DNA of 64,000 bases, from IMG/VR virus record IMGVR_UViG_2882504083_000001, positions 10,772-74,771 of that record; one strand, written 5' to 3'. The position numbers and the translations under genes are program-made. Below the pieces are notes generated by a model. That model did no database searches and had not been told where the DNA came from. It saw only the letters and a program-made list of their open reading frames with translations. Shown piece by piece: positions 23,401 to 32,275 of the stretch; positions within the stretch are counted from its first letter, which is position 1; the number at the start of each line of letters is the position of its first letter. This DNA comes from a virus. Its lineage: Duplodnaviria > Caudoviricetes.

Positions 23401-24959
23401 AGATTTTCTTCGAGATTTTCTTTTAAATCAAAGATCCGTTTTAACTCTTCTATTTTTTCAAGATTGTTTATATGGATTGTTTCATGATTCGAATTTCTAT
23501 CTCTTAGAGTGAATTTAAGAATTGTTTCATAATCTGATTTCGAAAGGAGTCTATTTTTCAAAGCCCAGTCTAAACTATGATTATATACTCTGCCTTTTGA
23601 TCCTATTTTTATATCATTCGATGATTCGGATAAAAAAGAATTCCTATAAAATTTACGAAAACTCACAGAAACTTTTTCATCTAAGGCTTTCAATTCATTC
23701 GAATCAGGTATTTGTCTATATCTGTCCAGATACTTTGAAGCCGATAAAATACCCTCAATATCTTTTTTACTTTTGATACTTTTAAGATACTCTGGAAGTC
23801 TTGCGTCTTCGACCTCGTTTGCGAGACCATAGAGGGCAGCTTGAATGTTTCTCATCTTTACGGCGTCGTCTCTCATTGCGGAAGCGATTCCCGCCCTTCG
23901 TCGCGTCGGGTTTTGTTTAGAAATCGGAGGGTTTTCTCTGTGCTGAATTGCCTCTTCCATGTTGTCGGCGAGAAGTCTAAATTTAGAAGAGATTACTGAT
24001 CTTTTTATGGGTGAGTCGTCATCGATCGGTTTAGGATTGTTTTTTTCGTTATATGTAAGAAGAGAATCGCTTACATAGGTTCTTAATATTTTTAAGACGA
24101 TGGATGATTCTTTTATTTCAAGCCGCGAGACCTCTTCGTTTATCTTCGATTTAATCGCAAGAGGTATCTGTTTTCTTTCGAGGGAGGTTTTCACTCGTTC
24201 AATGTAATTTTTATCCGATAGAGAGAGACCCTCGTTACTCAGTTCTTTTACAATATCTTGTAAAAAGTTACTTTGAAGAGTTTTCGGTCCGCTCGCCTTA
24301 ACATCATGTTCGCCCGATGCGTTGTCATTCCCAAGCATCGCTTCCGAACGCGATCGTTTCGTATCTTTAACTTTTTCGGAAACTAAGGACCGTAAGATTT
24401 TATTTACGTTTTCGGAAGTGACTCGAATATATCGATATGAAAGATTGAGGATTTTATTTAGATCATTCTCTCCTTTGTAAGCAAGATCCAAGTATTCTTT
24501 TGCCCTAGATTCTAACCCCGCATCGAGAAGTGCGTTTTTGACCTCGGTAATTAGGGATCCTAAATCTTGGATTTTCCCCGGAGTATATACTGGTCTGAAA
24601 ATTGCTTTCGATTGGTTTTTTAGATGAGGAAGGTTTGTAAAAAGAGACGGTTGGCGCGGATCGGATTCTTTTTTCGATTTTACCTGTTCTGATTCTAAAC
24701 GGAAATCACCGTTCTCTTTCCCCTGCAAAACATGTTCGTTAGTTTGCGGGTTATGAGTCGCGGTATGTTTTTGATTCTCATTTTTTACTCGGTGAAACGG
24801 GGGCTTTGGCGGGGCTTTGATTTGTCTCCAAGGGTGTTTGAGGTTTGGAAATTTTCTCCAAATAGATAAGTCTTTGTGTGTGGATATATCAAAGTTGTAA
24901 TATTTTTTTCCTTTAAGAATCAGGAGAGTATCGCGCACAACTTCTCGAATTTCAGTCAT
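20436..24959 (-). CDS. Large polyvalent protein: N6-adenine MTase + LPD5-like + LPD1/MPTase-like domains
   Basis: FFPTP, VLEPSAGKGDL and IIMNPPF (MTase, about 22630-23150). FRSVQFGNY, MAFGARG and TKTNGDGSVAHEFGHFFD (HExxH; LPD1). Confidence 0.8.
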   Translation of the reverse strand: MTEIREVVRDTLLILKGKKYYNFDISTHKDLSIWRKFPNLKHPWRQIKAPPKPPFHRVKNENQKHTATHNPQTNEHVLQGKENGDFRLESEQVKSKKESDPRQPSLFTNLPHLKNQSKAIFRPVYTPGKIQDLGSLITEVKNALLDAGLESRAKEYLDLAYKGENDLNKILNLSYRYIRVTSENVNKILRSLVSEKVKDTKRSRSEAMLGNDNASGEHDVKASGPKTLQSNFLQDIVKELSNEGLSLSDKNYIERVKTSLERKQIPLAIKSKINEEVSRLEIKESSIVLKILRTYVSDSLLTYNEKNNPKPIDDDSPIKRSVISSKFRLLADNMEEAIQHRENPPISKQNPTRRRAGIASAMRDDAVKMRNIQAALYGLANEVEDARLPEYLKSIKSKKDIEGILSASKYLDRYRQIPDSNELKALDEKVSVSFRKFYRNSFLSESSNDIKIGSKGRVYNHSLDWALKNRLLSKSDYETILKFTLRDRNSNHETIHINNLEKIEELKRIFDLKENLEENLYVKPADKKSKNTVQIGEVKYEIFIKGKPDVNQYNTETLSMLRLGLDTYKKIEDAGKHLRGLIEKNQGRGPDPKLREIQKLEENLIGAKIPGFFPTPKPLAQRLVNEAQITLGMDVLEPSAGKGDLSEEILSSTGIKPDTIEYFGSLREILQKKEFNLVGSDFLEFKDKLYDRIIMNPPFEKGQDMAHIQHAYSLLKPGGRLVSIMSEGPFYREDSKSKNFRSWLDEIGGEAEQLPSGSFQGNDSFRQTGVSTRIVVIDKPKETSANKESNFETKVTNLPLETSALSEAMRGNKNAEGKHDTHGNEWIEQNQAAQVSNDTDREEIKKEESDVNIDIEHNVVQSILDVKEKNKEFKDFNDRVPGSRKEMAAIAKLLKNADLEKLDSATAERVVKKDRVLPQFDYTEYKNKGENGGLVFLKSKLYEAIASKPADSDYARKEYVQNLKEILDPILNAKTISEITDYANSFSRRTLRDFMSKIRSEISEFQSECSNSDQTKDSINAIAEKYKKIIGNTVPGTETIIEKLVSGEINQTYEIDRELYSLLNKYYYVNDSKPGLRLIPSVMGDRFANLLFTKTDPAIMVWRDALRYNPLSEETASKKYKDYVEKLELNSELQRNSFLKMYPNAKELQRKNPQFSEEYAKKIFLERTKEKDIPTREEWSKYPLNNVRDSDWSWAEKKKSTKQLNPNQKNLKRLPLGVILRKNGRAIQSSEISSKALSEDWGFRSVQFGNYMDDKSSKDHITRFVASMKDLEDALEIDLKKVNIQGRLNMAFGARGKPGQSASYSSNFRIINVTKTNGDGSVAHEFGHFFDHFCTGKDSKRDRSHFISMNPKGEFVKPIRELISAIYKNPDGTNTKFYNNALATRSKDLTERVEFFARGFEAFVEDKLAEKGMQNTYLVAPNRVTEDMHPLLAYQNEMKYPQGEERKRIVKAFDEFIKVFKSEFQLEKPFDKAAPRISSQEENYKTISDIVKESKKENPISFYKEET

Positions 24960-24986
24960 TTTGAAAAAGTTTAGTGCGGATCGAAT

Positions 24987-24994
24987 AATCGGAG
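24987..24994 (-). promoter_or_regulatory. Candidate late-gene motif CTCCGATT
   Basis: 27-nt spacer to the ATG at 24959. Confidence 0.55.
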
Positions 24995-25112
24995 GTACAG
25001 AGCTTTTTTTGGTTAAGTCAATAATTCCTGGAAAGTCAATTTATAGTTTCTTGACAAAGAAATGAGAATTCATCTACAGTGATGCGATTTTTTTAGTTAA
25101 GGAGATTTTGAA

Positions 25113-25385
25113 GTGAGTGAAGAAACAAATGATGCGATAATCCAAGCGGACAATGGACAACCGATAAAATGCAAAGTATTAACGGAATCGCTCTCAATAA
25201 CGCTTCAAAGGTCAGAACTGTATGACCTTAAAGTTTCCTACCCGATCCATTTTATGATAACGACAAACGGTTTCCATTCACCCTTCCAAGAAATAAATTT
25301 AAGGGCATGGTATATCGGAATCGGACCTGACAAAGGTGATAAAAAGGCAGAGCAGTTTGAAATAACCGAAATCATAGAAATGTAA
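25113..25385 (+). CDS. Small hypothetical protein in opposite orientation (moron-like)
   Basis: 90-aa ORF with SD AAGGAG; its stop abuts the stop of the convergent gene. Confidence 0.6.
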   Translation: MSEETNDAIIQADNGQPIKCKVLTESLSITLQRSELYDLKVSYPIHFMITTNGFHSPFQEINLRAWYIGIGPDKGDKKAEQFEITEIIEM

Positions 25386-26954
25386 TTAAGACTTTTCCCG
25401 GTGAACACTTTTCGATGGACTCCATTTGAAATTAAGATTCGTAGACGCCTTCGCTTGACCGGGAATAAAATCGTCGATTACATCCGTGATATATCCGAAT
25501 TCGGAAACGTCTTCGATTGGAATTGGATAGGTCTTTGACGGATCGATAAAAATTTTAAAAGGCATGCCGGGTCTCAGAGGAACAAAACCGGTCTCAAAGG
25601 TGCCTGACGAAACTTTTAATTCATCGCGGTTGCAAAATATTTGAAAGAGAGTATCCCGGATTCTCGAAAGTTCACCTTTGTAGTTTTCCTTTTTCGAAGC
25701 CGTTAGGTTCTCTTCTTTAAAAACAAGTCCAGCGACTTTAACATGTAAAAGTTTAGGCCCAAAGACTGCGCGCAATTTGTCATCATACTTTGGTTCGGAA
25801 AGAATGGTTCCAAAACTTTGAAATGTGTTTTGGATAACGTGAACACCGACGACTACGGATTCTTCGGAGTCCTCAATTCTGTAATTTTTTAGATCGTCCA
25901 GGTCAAAAAGATAATACGCATCGATTCCGAAACTCTCTAAGTCTCTGAACCTTCCATCAGGTCCAAACATATAAAACGGAGTCGGTCTAAAAATAACTTT
26001 TGCTTCCGTATTCCCTACCTCGTATTCTTCGACGACCGAAGAACCGACCTCGCCAAAGGAAACACCTTTTCCATAAACACCGTCGAGGTCGAAAGTTTCT
26101 AACGGATCGACAAACAATTCATAAAGCGGTTCGGATACATACGAACGAAGGATCTCCCAAAAATTTACATAGGAACCGATCGTAAAGGAGGATAGGACTT
26201 GCGATTCGTACGCAAAAAACTCCGTATACGCCTTCTTCGGTAGTAGGATCGAAAGTATCGCATCTGTGTTTTGGGAAGTTGTCGGTGAAAGGACGTTTTT
26301 GTCGGCGTACCGAGAAACGTTCATAAGTTTACAAAAGAACTCGTCCCAAAAGTTCCGTATCAAATCGGAAAGCTGGCCTTGTAAAAAAACCTGCGCGGCC
26401 TTCGTGATAACACCGGCGTACGAATCTTCGGAACGCGCCGCCGGTTCGCCGTCTTGTTTTTGATAGTCGATAAAAAAGTCGGTATCGGAAAGAATTGTCT
26501 CGATCGGTGAAATCGTAACGTTTACAAAACTTTTTCCGTCCGCCGAATACTCTCGCGCAGCGTTTTTCACCTTCCCGACATTGAGCTTTCGAAATACTGG
26601 ATTTTTTTCTTTCCCCTCCCCTACATCGATGTAAAGAAAAACGATACTCCTGATCGAAAAGACCTCTCGAAATGGAATCTCCTCTCCTTCTTCAATTTGG
26701 TCTAACGGAAGCGCGGTATCTCCGCTTGTTTGAACGAAGTATTTTTCTTGATAGGGAATTGTTAGAAAGATTCCACCTTTTCCGGCGGAGATAGAGCGGT
26801 GAGACTTAATACTCGTAACATATTCAACCGGAAAGAAATGTTTCGAATCTTTTCCAGGAAGACGGATCTCTAGCGCGAAGCCCTTTGGGGGTAAAAAGAA
26901 AGAGTTACGAACCGATTTGAATTCTTTTTGTTTCGTATCACCGGCAGACGGCAT
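25386..26954 (-). CDS. Putative baseplate hub protein
   Basis: 522 aa adjacent to the spike gene; FWEILRSYVSEPLYELFVD and VIFRPTPF. Confidence 0.55.
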   Translation of the reverse strand: MPSAGDTKQKEFKSVRNSFFLPPKGFALEIRLPGKDSKHFFPVEYVTSIKSHRSISAGKGGIFLTIPYQEKYFVQTSGDTALPLDQIEEGEEIPFREVFSIRSIVFLYIDVGEGKEKNPVFRKLNVGKVKNAAREYSADGKSFVNVTISPIETILSDTDFFIDYQKQDGEPAARSEDSYAGVITKAAQVFLQGQLSDLIRNFWDEFFCKLMNVSRYADKNVLSPTTSQNTDAILSILLPKKAYTEFFAYESQVLSSFTIGSYVNFWEILRSYVSEPLYELFVDPLETFDLDGVYGKGVSFGEVGSSVVEEYEVGNTEAKVIFRPTPFYMFGPDGRFRDLESFGIDAYYLFDLDDLKNYRIEDSEESVVVGVHVIQNTFQSFGTILSEPKYDDKLRAVFGPKLLHVKVAGLVFKEENLTASKKENYKGELSRIRDTLFQIFCNRDELKVSSGTFETGFVPLRPGMPFKIFIDPSKTYPIPIEDVSEFGYITDVIDDFIPGQAKASTNLNFKWSPSKSVHREKS

Positions 26955-26976
26955 TCCAAAACTATTTCTTATTTTT

Positions 26977-27678
26977 CTAAATCGGCGGTCCGGTTTTTGT
27001 AGGTGGTGACGGACCCGGTGAATACGTATGTCCGTGGTTTTTGGCAGGAATTCCGTCGATGATTACATCCTCGCTAACCGTGATTTTTCCGGTCTGGTCC
27101 GTATCTCCTTCTATCGTTAAATCCCCTTCGAATTTTGTGTTTCCTTTGAATGTAGTCTCACCCTCAATTTCCAGAGTTTCGACTTTGAGTTTTGCTTTTT
27201 TGTTTTCGAAGTCGAGTGAGAATACAAGAACTTGATTTTCGTTATAGATTTCGATTTTGTGTGTGGTTTTTCGTATGCAGTAACCGGATTCGTGAAAGTC
27301 GATAATGTCTTTTTCAGGATCGATAAAACTAAACTTAGACCAAAAACTTTGAAGATTGGAAAGATCAGAATCCTTTGTAGCGAATGGAAAAACTTGTGTG
27401 ATTACAGGTGCGCGGTAGGAACCTGCGATAAACTCCAAAAGGACTAACTGGTCTTTTTTGATTCCAAACGCTCGTCCGTGTGCATTCCCATTTTGTTTTA
27501 AAAAAGGTCCGATGGTTCGAACCTTTTTAAACGGTTCTCCAAAGGTTGTTATCACGTTTACGCGAAACCGCGGTAGAACCTCGGTAACTGTCGCAAGTAG
27601 CGCGGAGGCAAACCTTGAGTCCGGGGACTGAGGTCGTTCTTGAAAGTCAAATGCGTCGTTTGAAAATCCAGACCTCAT
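26977..27678 (-). CDS. Baseplate central spike (gpV/gp45-like)
   Basis: OB-fold-like N-terminus, beta-helix repeats (IEGETTFKGNTKFEGDLTIEGD) and a C-terminal HGH...KTGPP metal-binding tip. Confidence 0.75.
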   Translation of the reverse strand: MRSGFSNDAFDFQERPQSPDSRFASALLATVTEVLPRFRVNVITTFGEPFKKVRTIGPFLKQNGNAHGRAFGIKKDQLVLLEFIAGSYRAPVITQVFPFATKDSDLSNLQSFWSKFSFIDPEKDIIDFHESGYCIRKTTHKIEIYNENQVLVFSLDFENKKAKLKVETLEIEGETTFKGNTKFEGDLTIEGDTDQTGKITVSEDVIIDGIPAKNHGHTYSPGPSPPTKTGPPI

Positions 27679-29585
27679 ACGGAAATTATCGCGCTCCCTC
27701 CGCTCAACGATTCGATATAAAATAGAAAGTGAAGGGTGTCTGCGTCTTGAACAGTTCCGAAGAACTTCGCATCAAGAATACGTGGATTGGATTTAATCAG
27801 TCTTAGGAATTGAGGGATATATTTTTTTCTTTGAATTTCGTCGGGCAATTCTCCCGGAGGAATCGGATTTCCAATTTCAGGAGAACCGGGAATTGATCCT
27901 TGAATAATGTCAATGTGATCTAACGTTTCGTTAAATAGTGCATCGTCTCCCTCGACAAGTGCAAGATCGCCGGTCGGAGACACTTCAATTCCTCTGTTCG
28001 GCGTGAGCTTTATATCGCAACCGATGAGTGCGACCTCTAAATCTTTCGGAGAAGGATTCTCGGGAAGACTTGTGAAAATATTCGTTCTTGTTCCATACGG
28101 GATCTTGATTGCAAGTCGATCGAGGGTTGTATCTCTTTTACCGTTAAAAGATGCAAGGGCTTGTCCAAGGCTTGCGTCTCCGAGCTTTGTTTCTGCGATA
28201 TTCTCCCAAGTATCATTTGCCGAAGTATGAAGTATGGAAAATTCGTTGTCAATACTTGCTACGTTAAGCGCGGCAAGGGTTTCAAGTAGTATCTCATCGG
28301 CGGATAAGGCGAACCTGTAAACGTCGTTGTCGACCCATACAGTAAAATCCGCACCGGGTTGTAGGCTCATGGCTTCATACGATCCCGAGTTATCCACTGG
28401 GATCACGAACTGACCTATCAGCGCAAAAAGCGCAGAGCAGTTGTGTCGAGTTTGGTCAATGTTTTGTCTAAATTCAGCTTCGTTCGCTCTCGACTTTTTG
28501 TAAGCTTCGTCGATTTTGTCTGATAATTCCTCTGCGTGAAATCCTCTTCTTTTTTTAGATATTCCCAAATCGGATTTTGCGGACTCAAACGTAACGCGAG
28601 CGAGCTTTCCTTGCGCGGTAAACTGATCTTTCATCCGGTCCCAAGAAGAAAGAAGTCTTTTTGCGGAACTTGTAAAAACTTGTACTCCGCGAGCGGCACC
28701 AAGTAATGCACCGGAAAGTTGTAAGGGTACATTTACAAGATTCTCGAGCTCGTTCATAAGACCGGAAATGGTTCGAAACGCGTTGAAGTTACTCCTTACA
28801 AGCTGGCTCGCGATTTTAGAATTCAGTTCCTTTACGACGACAAGGTTTAGCGAATACTTGTAAGTGTTTGTGTCGCTGACTGACCGGGAAATCGTAAATC
28901 CATTCTGCGGAATCACAACCTCGACAGTACGATTTCGATCGTAATCCCGAAAAACAAACGCATGCGTTTTCCATGTGAGTCGATTCTCTGAAAATAGTTT
29001 TGTGATCTTTTGTGCTTGTGGATCGTTTGAAGAATACTCAACCGCGTCAAGACTCCTTGCGTAGTGAAGAAAATACATAAAGTCTTGAAACTCTTGAAGC
29101 CCGGAACGAAACTCCCCTCCCCCAAGACTCAAGTAACTGCTTCGAATCTTGTCGTAGTAACTCCCAACTTTGTTTTTTACGATCGACTTCCCGGCGGAAA
29201 ATGCGGACTGAACAAATCCACTCCCTGAGTCTCCTGGTATGGAAATTTTAGGTTTTGAAGGAAGACCCAAATGATAGATGTGAAACTCCCCTTCGAGTTT
29301 TATATCGTTGTTATCTTGTCCGTAATCGACAACGATACAACTTCCAAAGGTTTTCTCGACTGAAGTTCTGTTTTTAAAATTTTCAGTGTAGCTAAGAGGG
29401 CCGTTTACAAAAAAGTATTCTGATTCATTTTGAAAAATAGAATACGTTCCGTTTGATTTCTTTTCATAGAAAGCAAACGAGAAAACATTTTGAGGCTCAT
29501 AAGTCGGCGCAAGAGACCCGCTAAACGCTCCTCCCGTAACTGAATTAAATCCCGACGTTACTCCACTGACGACACTGGAAAGCAC
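27675..29585 (-). CDS. Baseplate protein: tube-initiator-like + LysM-like + gp25-like fusion
   Basis: LysM-like ILHTSANDTWENIAETKLGD..LGQALASFN; gp25-like GDLALVEGDDAL...GSIPGSPEIG near the C-terminus. Confidence 0.55.
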   Translation of the reverse strand: MLSSVVSGVTSGFNSVTGGAFSGSLAPTYEPQNVFSFAFYEKKSNGTYSIFQNESEYFFVNGPLSYTENFKNRTSVEKTFGSCIVVDYGQDNNDIKLEGEFHIYHLGLPSKPKISIPGDSGSGFVQSAFSAGKSIVKNKVGSYYDKIRSSYLSLGGGEFRSGLQEFQDFMYFLHYARSLDAVEYSSNDPQAQKITKLFSENRLTWKTHAFVFRDYDRNRTVEVVIPQNGFTISRSVSDTNTYKYSLNLVVVKELNSKIASQLVRSNFNAFRTISGLMNELENLVNVPLQLSGALLGAARGVQVFTSSAKRLLSSWDRMKDQFTAQGKLARVTFESAKSDLGISKKRRGFHAEELSDKIDEAYKKSRANEAEFRQNIDQTRHNCSALFALIGQFVIPVDNSGSYEAMSLQPGADFTVWVDNDVYRFALSADEILLETLAALNVASIDNEFSILHTSANDTWENIAETKLGDASLGQALASFNGKRDTTLDRLAIKIPYGTRTNIFTSLPENPSPKDLEVALIGCDIKLTPNRGIEVSPTGDLALVEGDDALFNETLDHIDIIQGSIPGSPEIGNPIPPGELPDEIQRKKYIPQFLRLIKSNPRILDAKFFGTVQDADTLHFLFYIESLSGGSAIISV

Positions 29586-29611
29586 GAAAGAGAGAGTAGG
29601 GGAGGCTTTTT

Positions 29612-29629
29612 AATCGGAGTTTTCCGATT
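29612..29629. promoter_or_regulatory. Back-to-back pair of TCCGATT motifs between divergent baseplate units
   Basis: AATCGGA-GTTT-TCCGATT, with a 26-nt spacer to the GTG at 29585 (-) and a 27-nt spacer to the GTG at 29657 (+). Confidence 0.6.
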
Positions 29630-29656
29630 TCAAATTTTCGAATACGGATCTTCTTT

Positions 29657-30847
29657 GTGGCCGCTCCGTATGTTCCAAAAATTTTCTTAGAATATGTTAC
29701 CGCGATACAGAACTCGCTTCTTGCTTCCGGTTCACGTCTTTCAAATTTTAATCCAGGTTCAAGAATCTCAACATGGATTGCCGCGATCGCAACAGTCCTC
29801 GCAGAAGGGGATCTACGAACCCTTAACGGTTTTTACTACGCGATCAAAGAAGGCGTATACAACGCCTTCGGTTTTAAAAGACTCCCCGGACTTGTATCCG
29901 TTGGACTCGTTCGTATCGAACATTTAGGTCATACCGAACCGATCACAATTCCCGTTTTCAAACTCGACCTTTTCGGTCTTGAGTATGAATCGATCGCATC
30001 CGTTACTATACCGGTTGGACAAACCTTTAGCGAGATTGAAATCCGGGCAAAAAAGCCAGGAGTCGATTACAATATCCGTAGGCTTTCGATCAATACACTG
30101 GAAGGACTTGGTTCGGTAAATATCGAACTTCCGCCAAACATTCGAATATGGAATCCGGCAGACTTCGCTGGTGGAACAAATCTTGAATCCGAAGAAAACA
30201 GGTTAAAAAGATTCAGAAACTTTATCATTTCATTAGGTCGTTCGACAAAGCTTGGAATCTATACTGCGGCCACATCGATCCCCGGAATAGCAGGGGTTCA
30301 ACTAACAACAAACTGCAATCCATATTCGGGTGCGTTCGAAATCGGTTGGATCAATTTGTATGTAAGCGACGGAACCTCAAACCCTCCACAAAGTCTTTTG
30401 GATTTGGTTCAAAAAACGATCGAAGGAGACCTAAAAGATCCAGAGAATTATCCCGGATTTTCCGCCGCAGGTACCCAAGTTGCCGTTTTCCGAATTCCGG
30501 TCTTTGGTATCACGGTAAAGTTCAAGCTTCAAATCCAAAAAGAATCTCAGCTAAAAGATGAAGACGCGTTAAATATCGCGCAAAATCAAATCACCGTTTA
30601 CCTGAATACGCTTCCTGTTGGTTACGATGTTCTTTTAAAACAAGTCGAGGGAACTATCCTTAAAGCGCACCCTGACTTTTATCGGGTCATTATCGAAGAA
30701 TTCTACGGAAAACTTGCAAGTGATCCTGTTCCAAATCCAGTCCCGCTAAACTCTGATGTCGTGGTTCCATCGACGTATCTACCGCGCACAGGTGGAACCT
30801 CCGGCGGTTCCATCTCTGGAACGCTTGAACGAGTGGAGCCAACCTAA
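29657..30847 (+). CDS. Baseplate J/gp47-like wedge protein
   Basis: LSNFNPGS, AKKPGVDYN, GGTNLESEENRLKRFRNFI.SLGRSTK.GI and INLYVSDG. Confidence 0.85.
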   Translation: MAAPYVPKIFLEYVTAIQNSLLASGSRLSNFNPGSRISTWIAAIATVLAEGDLRTLNGFYYAIKEGVYNAFGFKRLPGLVSVGLVRIEHLGHTEPITIPVFKLDLFGLEYESIASVTIPVGQTFSEIEIRAKKPGVDYNIRRLSINTLEGLGSVNIELPPNIRIWNPADFAGGTNLESEENRLKRFRNFIISLGRSTKLGIYTAATSIPGIAGVQLTTNCNPYSGAFEIGWINLYVSDGTSNPPQSLLDLVQKTIEGDLKDPENYPGFSAAGTQVAVFRIPVFGITVKFKLQIQKESQLKDEDALNIAQNQITVYLNTLPVGYDVLLKQVEGTILKAHPDFYRVIIEEFYGKLASDPVPNPVPLNSDVVVPSTYLPRTGGTSGGSISGTLERVEPT

Positions 30848-31444
30848 ATGTCTTTTAACAAACTCTTAGAATTGATTCCGCAGATAAACGCAACCGATCC
30901 TGTGTTTCGAGAACTCTTCGGAAATGAGGAGAGACCGGAGCTTAGTCCGGTTACGAATATAAACGACATTAACAAGGGTGCGCTTTTTAATTCGGTTGAG
31001 TGGCATTTGAGATACCAAGCCTTAGCCGCGCGTTCGGCGGAGCTTTCTAACGCGGAAGGATATTTTTTAAAACTTTGGGCAGAGTTTTTAGGAATCGAAA
31101 GACCTGTTGGAATGTCAGACGAGGAGTTTGTCGGATACATTATCGGATATGTTCTCTCTAATGAACCTACAATTCCAAAACTCGGCGAGGTCTTTCCTGC
31201 ACCCGATTTTGTAGTTCTTCGGTGTGACGAGCTAGGATTTGCAACCGACATTTCCGCGAGTGATCTAGGACTTAACATTCCCGGTCCGGGAACAAAAGCC
31301 GTTTCAGGAATTATAACCCCCGATCGCGGCGCAAGTTATATCGTCGTAGATGATATGAGTCGTTTAACAAATCTTCAACTTACAGAAGCGACAAGGATTC
31401 TCGCCGCTGGAACTGCGGTGTTCGCGGGAGAAACCAATGTCTGA
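30848..31444 (+). CDS. Baseplate wedge protein (gpI/gp48-like)
   Basis: AEGYFLKLWAEFLGIERP.GMSDEEF motif, directly after baseplate J. Confidence 0.7.
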   Translation: MSFNKLLELIPQINATDPVFRELFGNEERPELSPVTNINDINKGALFNSVEWHLRYQALAARSAELSNAEGYFLKLWAEFLGIERPVGMSDEEFVGYIIGYVLSNEPTIPKLGEVFPAPDFVVLRCDELGFATDISASDLGLNIPGPGTKAVSGIITPDRGASYIVVDDMSRLTNLQLTEATRILAAGTAVFAGETNV

Positions 31445-32219
31445 GGTTCAAATTCCTTTAACAAACAACGAAGTTAAAATTTATTATCACAATCAATTTC
31501 AAAAACTTTCTTCCACAGATCTTAACCGTCTCTCCGGCGCGGAACCGCAAAACTCTAGTATCCCCGCGATTCTTACTTCAATACTTGCAACGATAGGAAG
31601 AACAACGGATACCGCGATCGGATTCGAGGTAAGTTCACCCGAAAATCATACAATTCTTGTCGGACCCGGACTTGTAATTCGACCCGATGCAGTTCATCTT
31701 TTTCCTTCTATAACGCTTACACCCTCCTTGGGTGCGCTTTGCGGGATTTACGAATTCTCACTTGATTCTCTTCTTTCCGATAACTCCGCGGTTCAGGTTT
31801 GGAATATTGAATCGGAAAGATTTCAACCGCAGGTAAGACCGACGCGAAAAACGTTTCAAACAAATCTTTTTGAACAGTGGAGTCCGACGACTCCCCTTCC
31901 CTCTTCTACTCCCGGAAGATTTTCACTCCTGTCGTATGAAAAAAGTTCACCTACCGGACCGATTACAAATCTGGTTCGTACACTTCCTGTCTATGATCCT
32001 GCACTGATCGGAATCGATGTGGAATTGAATCCTGGGATTGAAGATAACGATTCGCTTGCGTCTGCGATAAACTGGCTTTTTGATTTCATCGAAGAAAAGG
32101 AATTTATAAGAACGACTCCCTCACCCGGATTTAATTCCGCGAACTGGAGGGTACGAACACAAGGAAACCTTTCCTTTTGGAGTATAGACAACGGGGGTAG
32201 CTGGCACCCTTTCGCATAA
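31437..32219 (+). CDS. Baseplate/tail protein, probably extended by a -1 frameshift
   Basis: 260 aa ending in an Asp-box-like SIDNGGSW; slippery C CCT TTC sits just before the stop. Confidence 0.65.
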   Translation: MSEVQIPLTNNEVKIYYHNQFQKLSSTDLNRLSGAEPQNSSIPAILTSILATIGRTTDTAIGFEVSSPENHTILVGPGLVIRPDAVHLFPSITLTPSLGALCGIYEFSLDSLLSDNSAVQVWNIESERFQPQVRPTRKTFQTNLFEQWSPTTPLPSSTPGRFSLLSYEKSSPTGPITNLVRTLPVYDPALIGIDVELNPGIEDNDSLASAINWLFDFIEEKEFIRTTPSPGFNSANWRVRTQGNLSFWSIDNGGSWHPFA

Positions 32220-32275
32220 CCCCACCGAGCGGTCCTTCGTCTCCGGTTCCCGGAGCGGGTGGTCATTGGGTGGGG
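32207..32275 (+). other. Candidate -1 programmed ribosomal frameshift signal
   Basis: Heptamer CCCTTTC (32207-32213), 6-nt spacer, stem CCCCACC/GGTGGGG (32220-26/32269-75) and inner hairpin CTCCGG-TTC-CCGGAG (32241-55). Confidence 0.65.
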
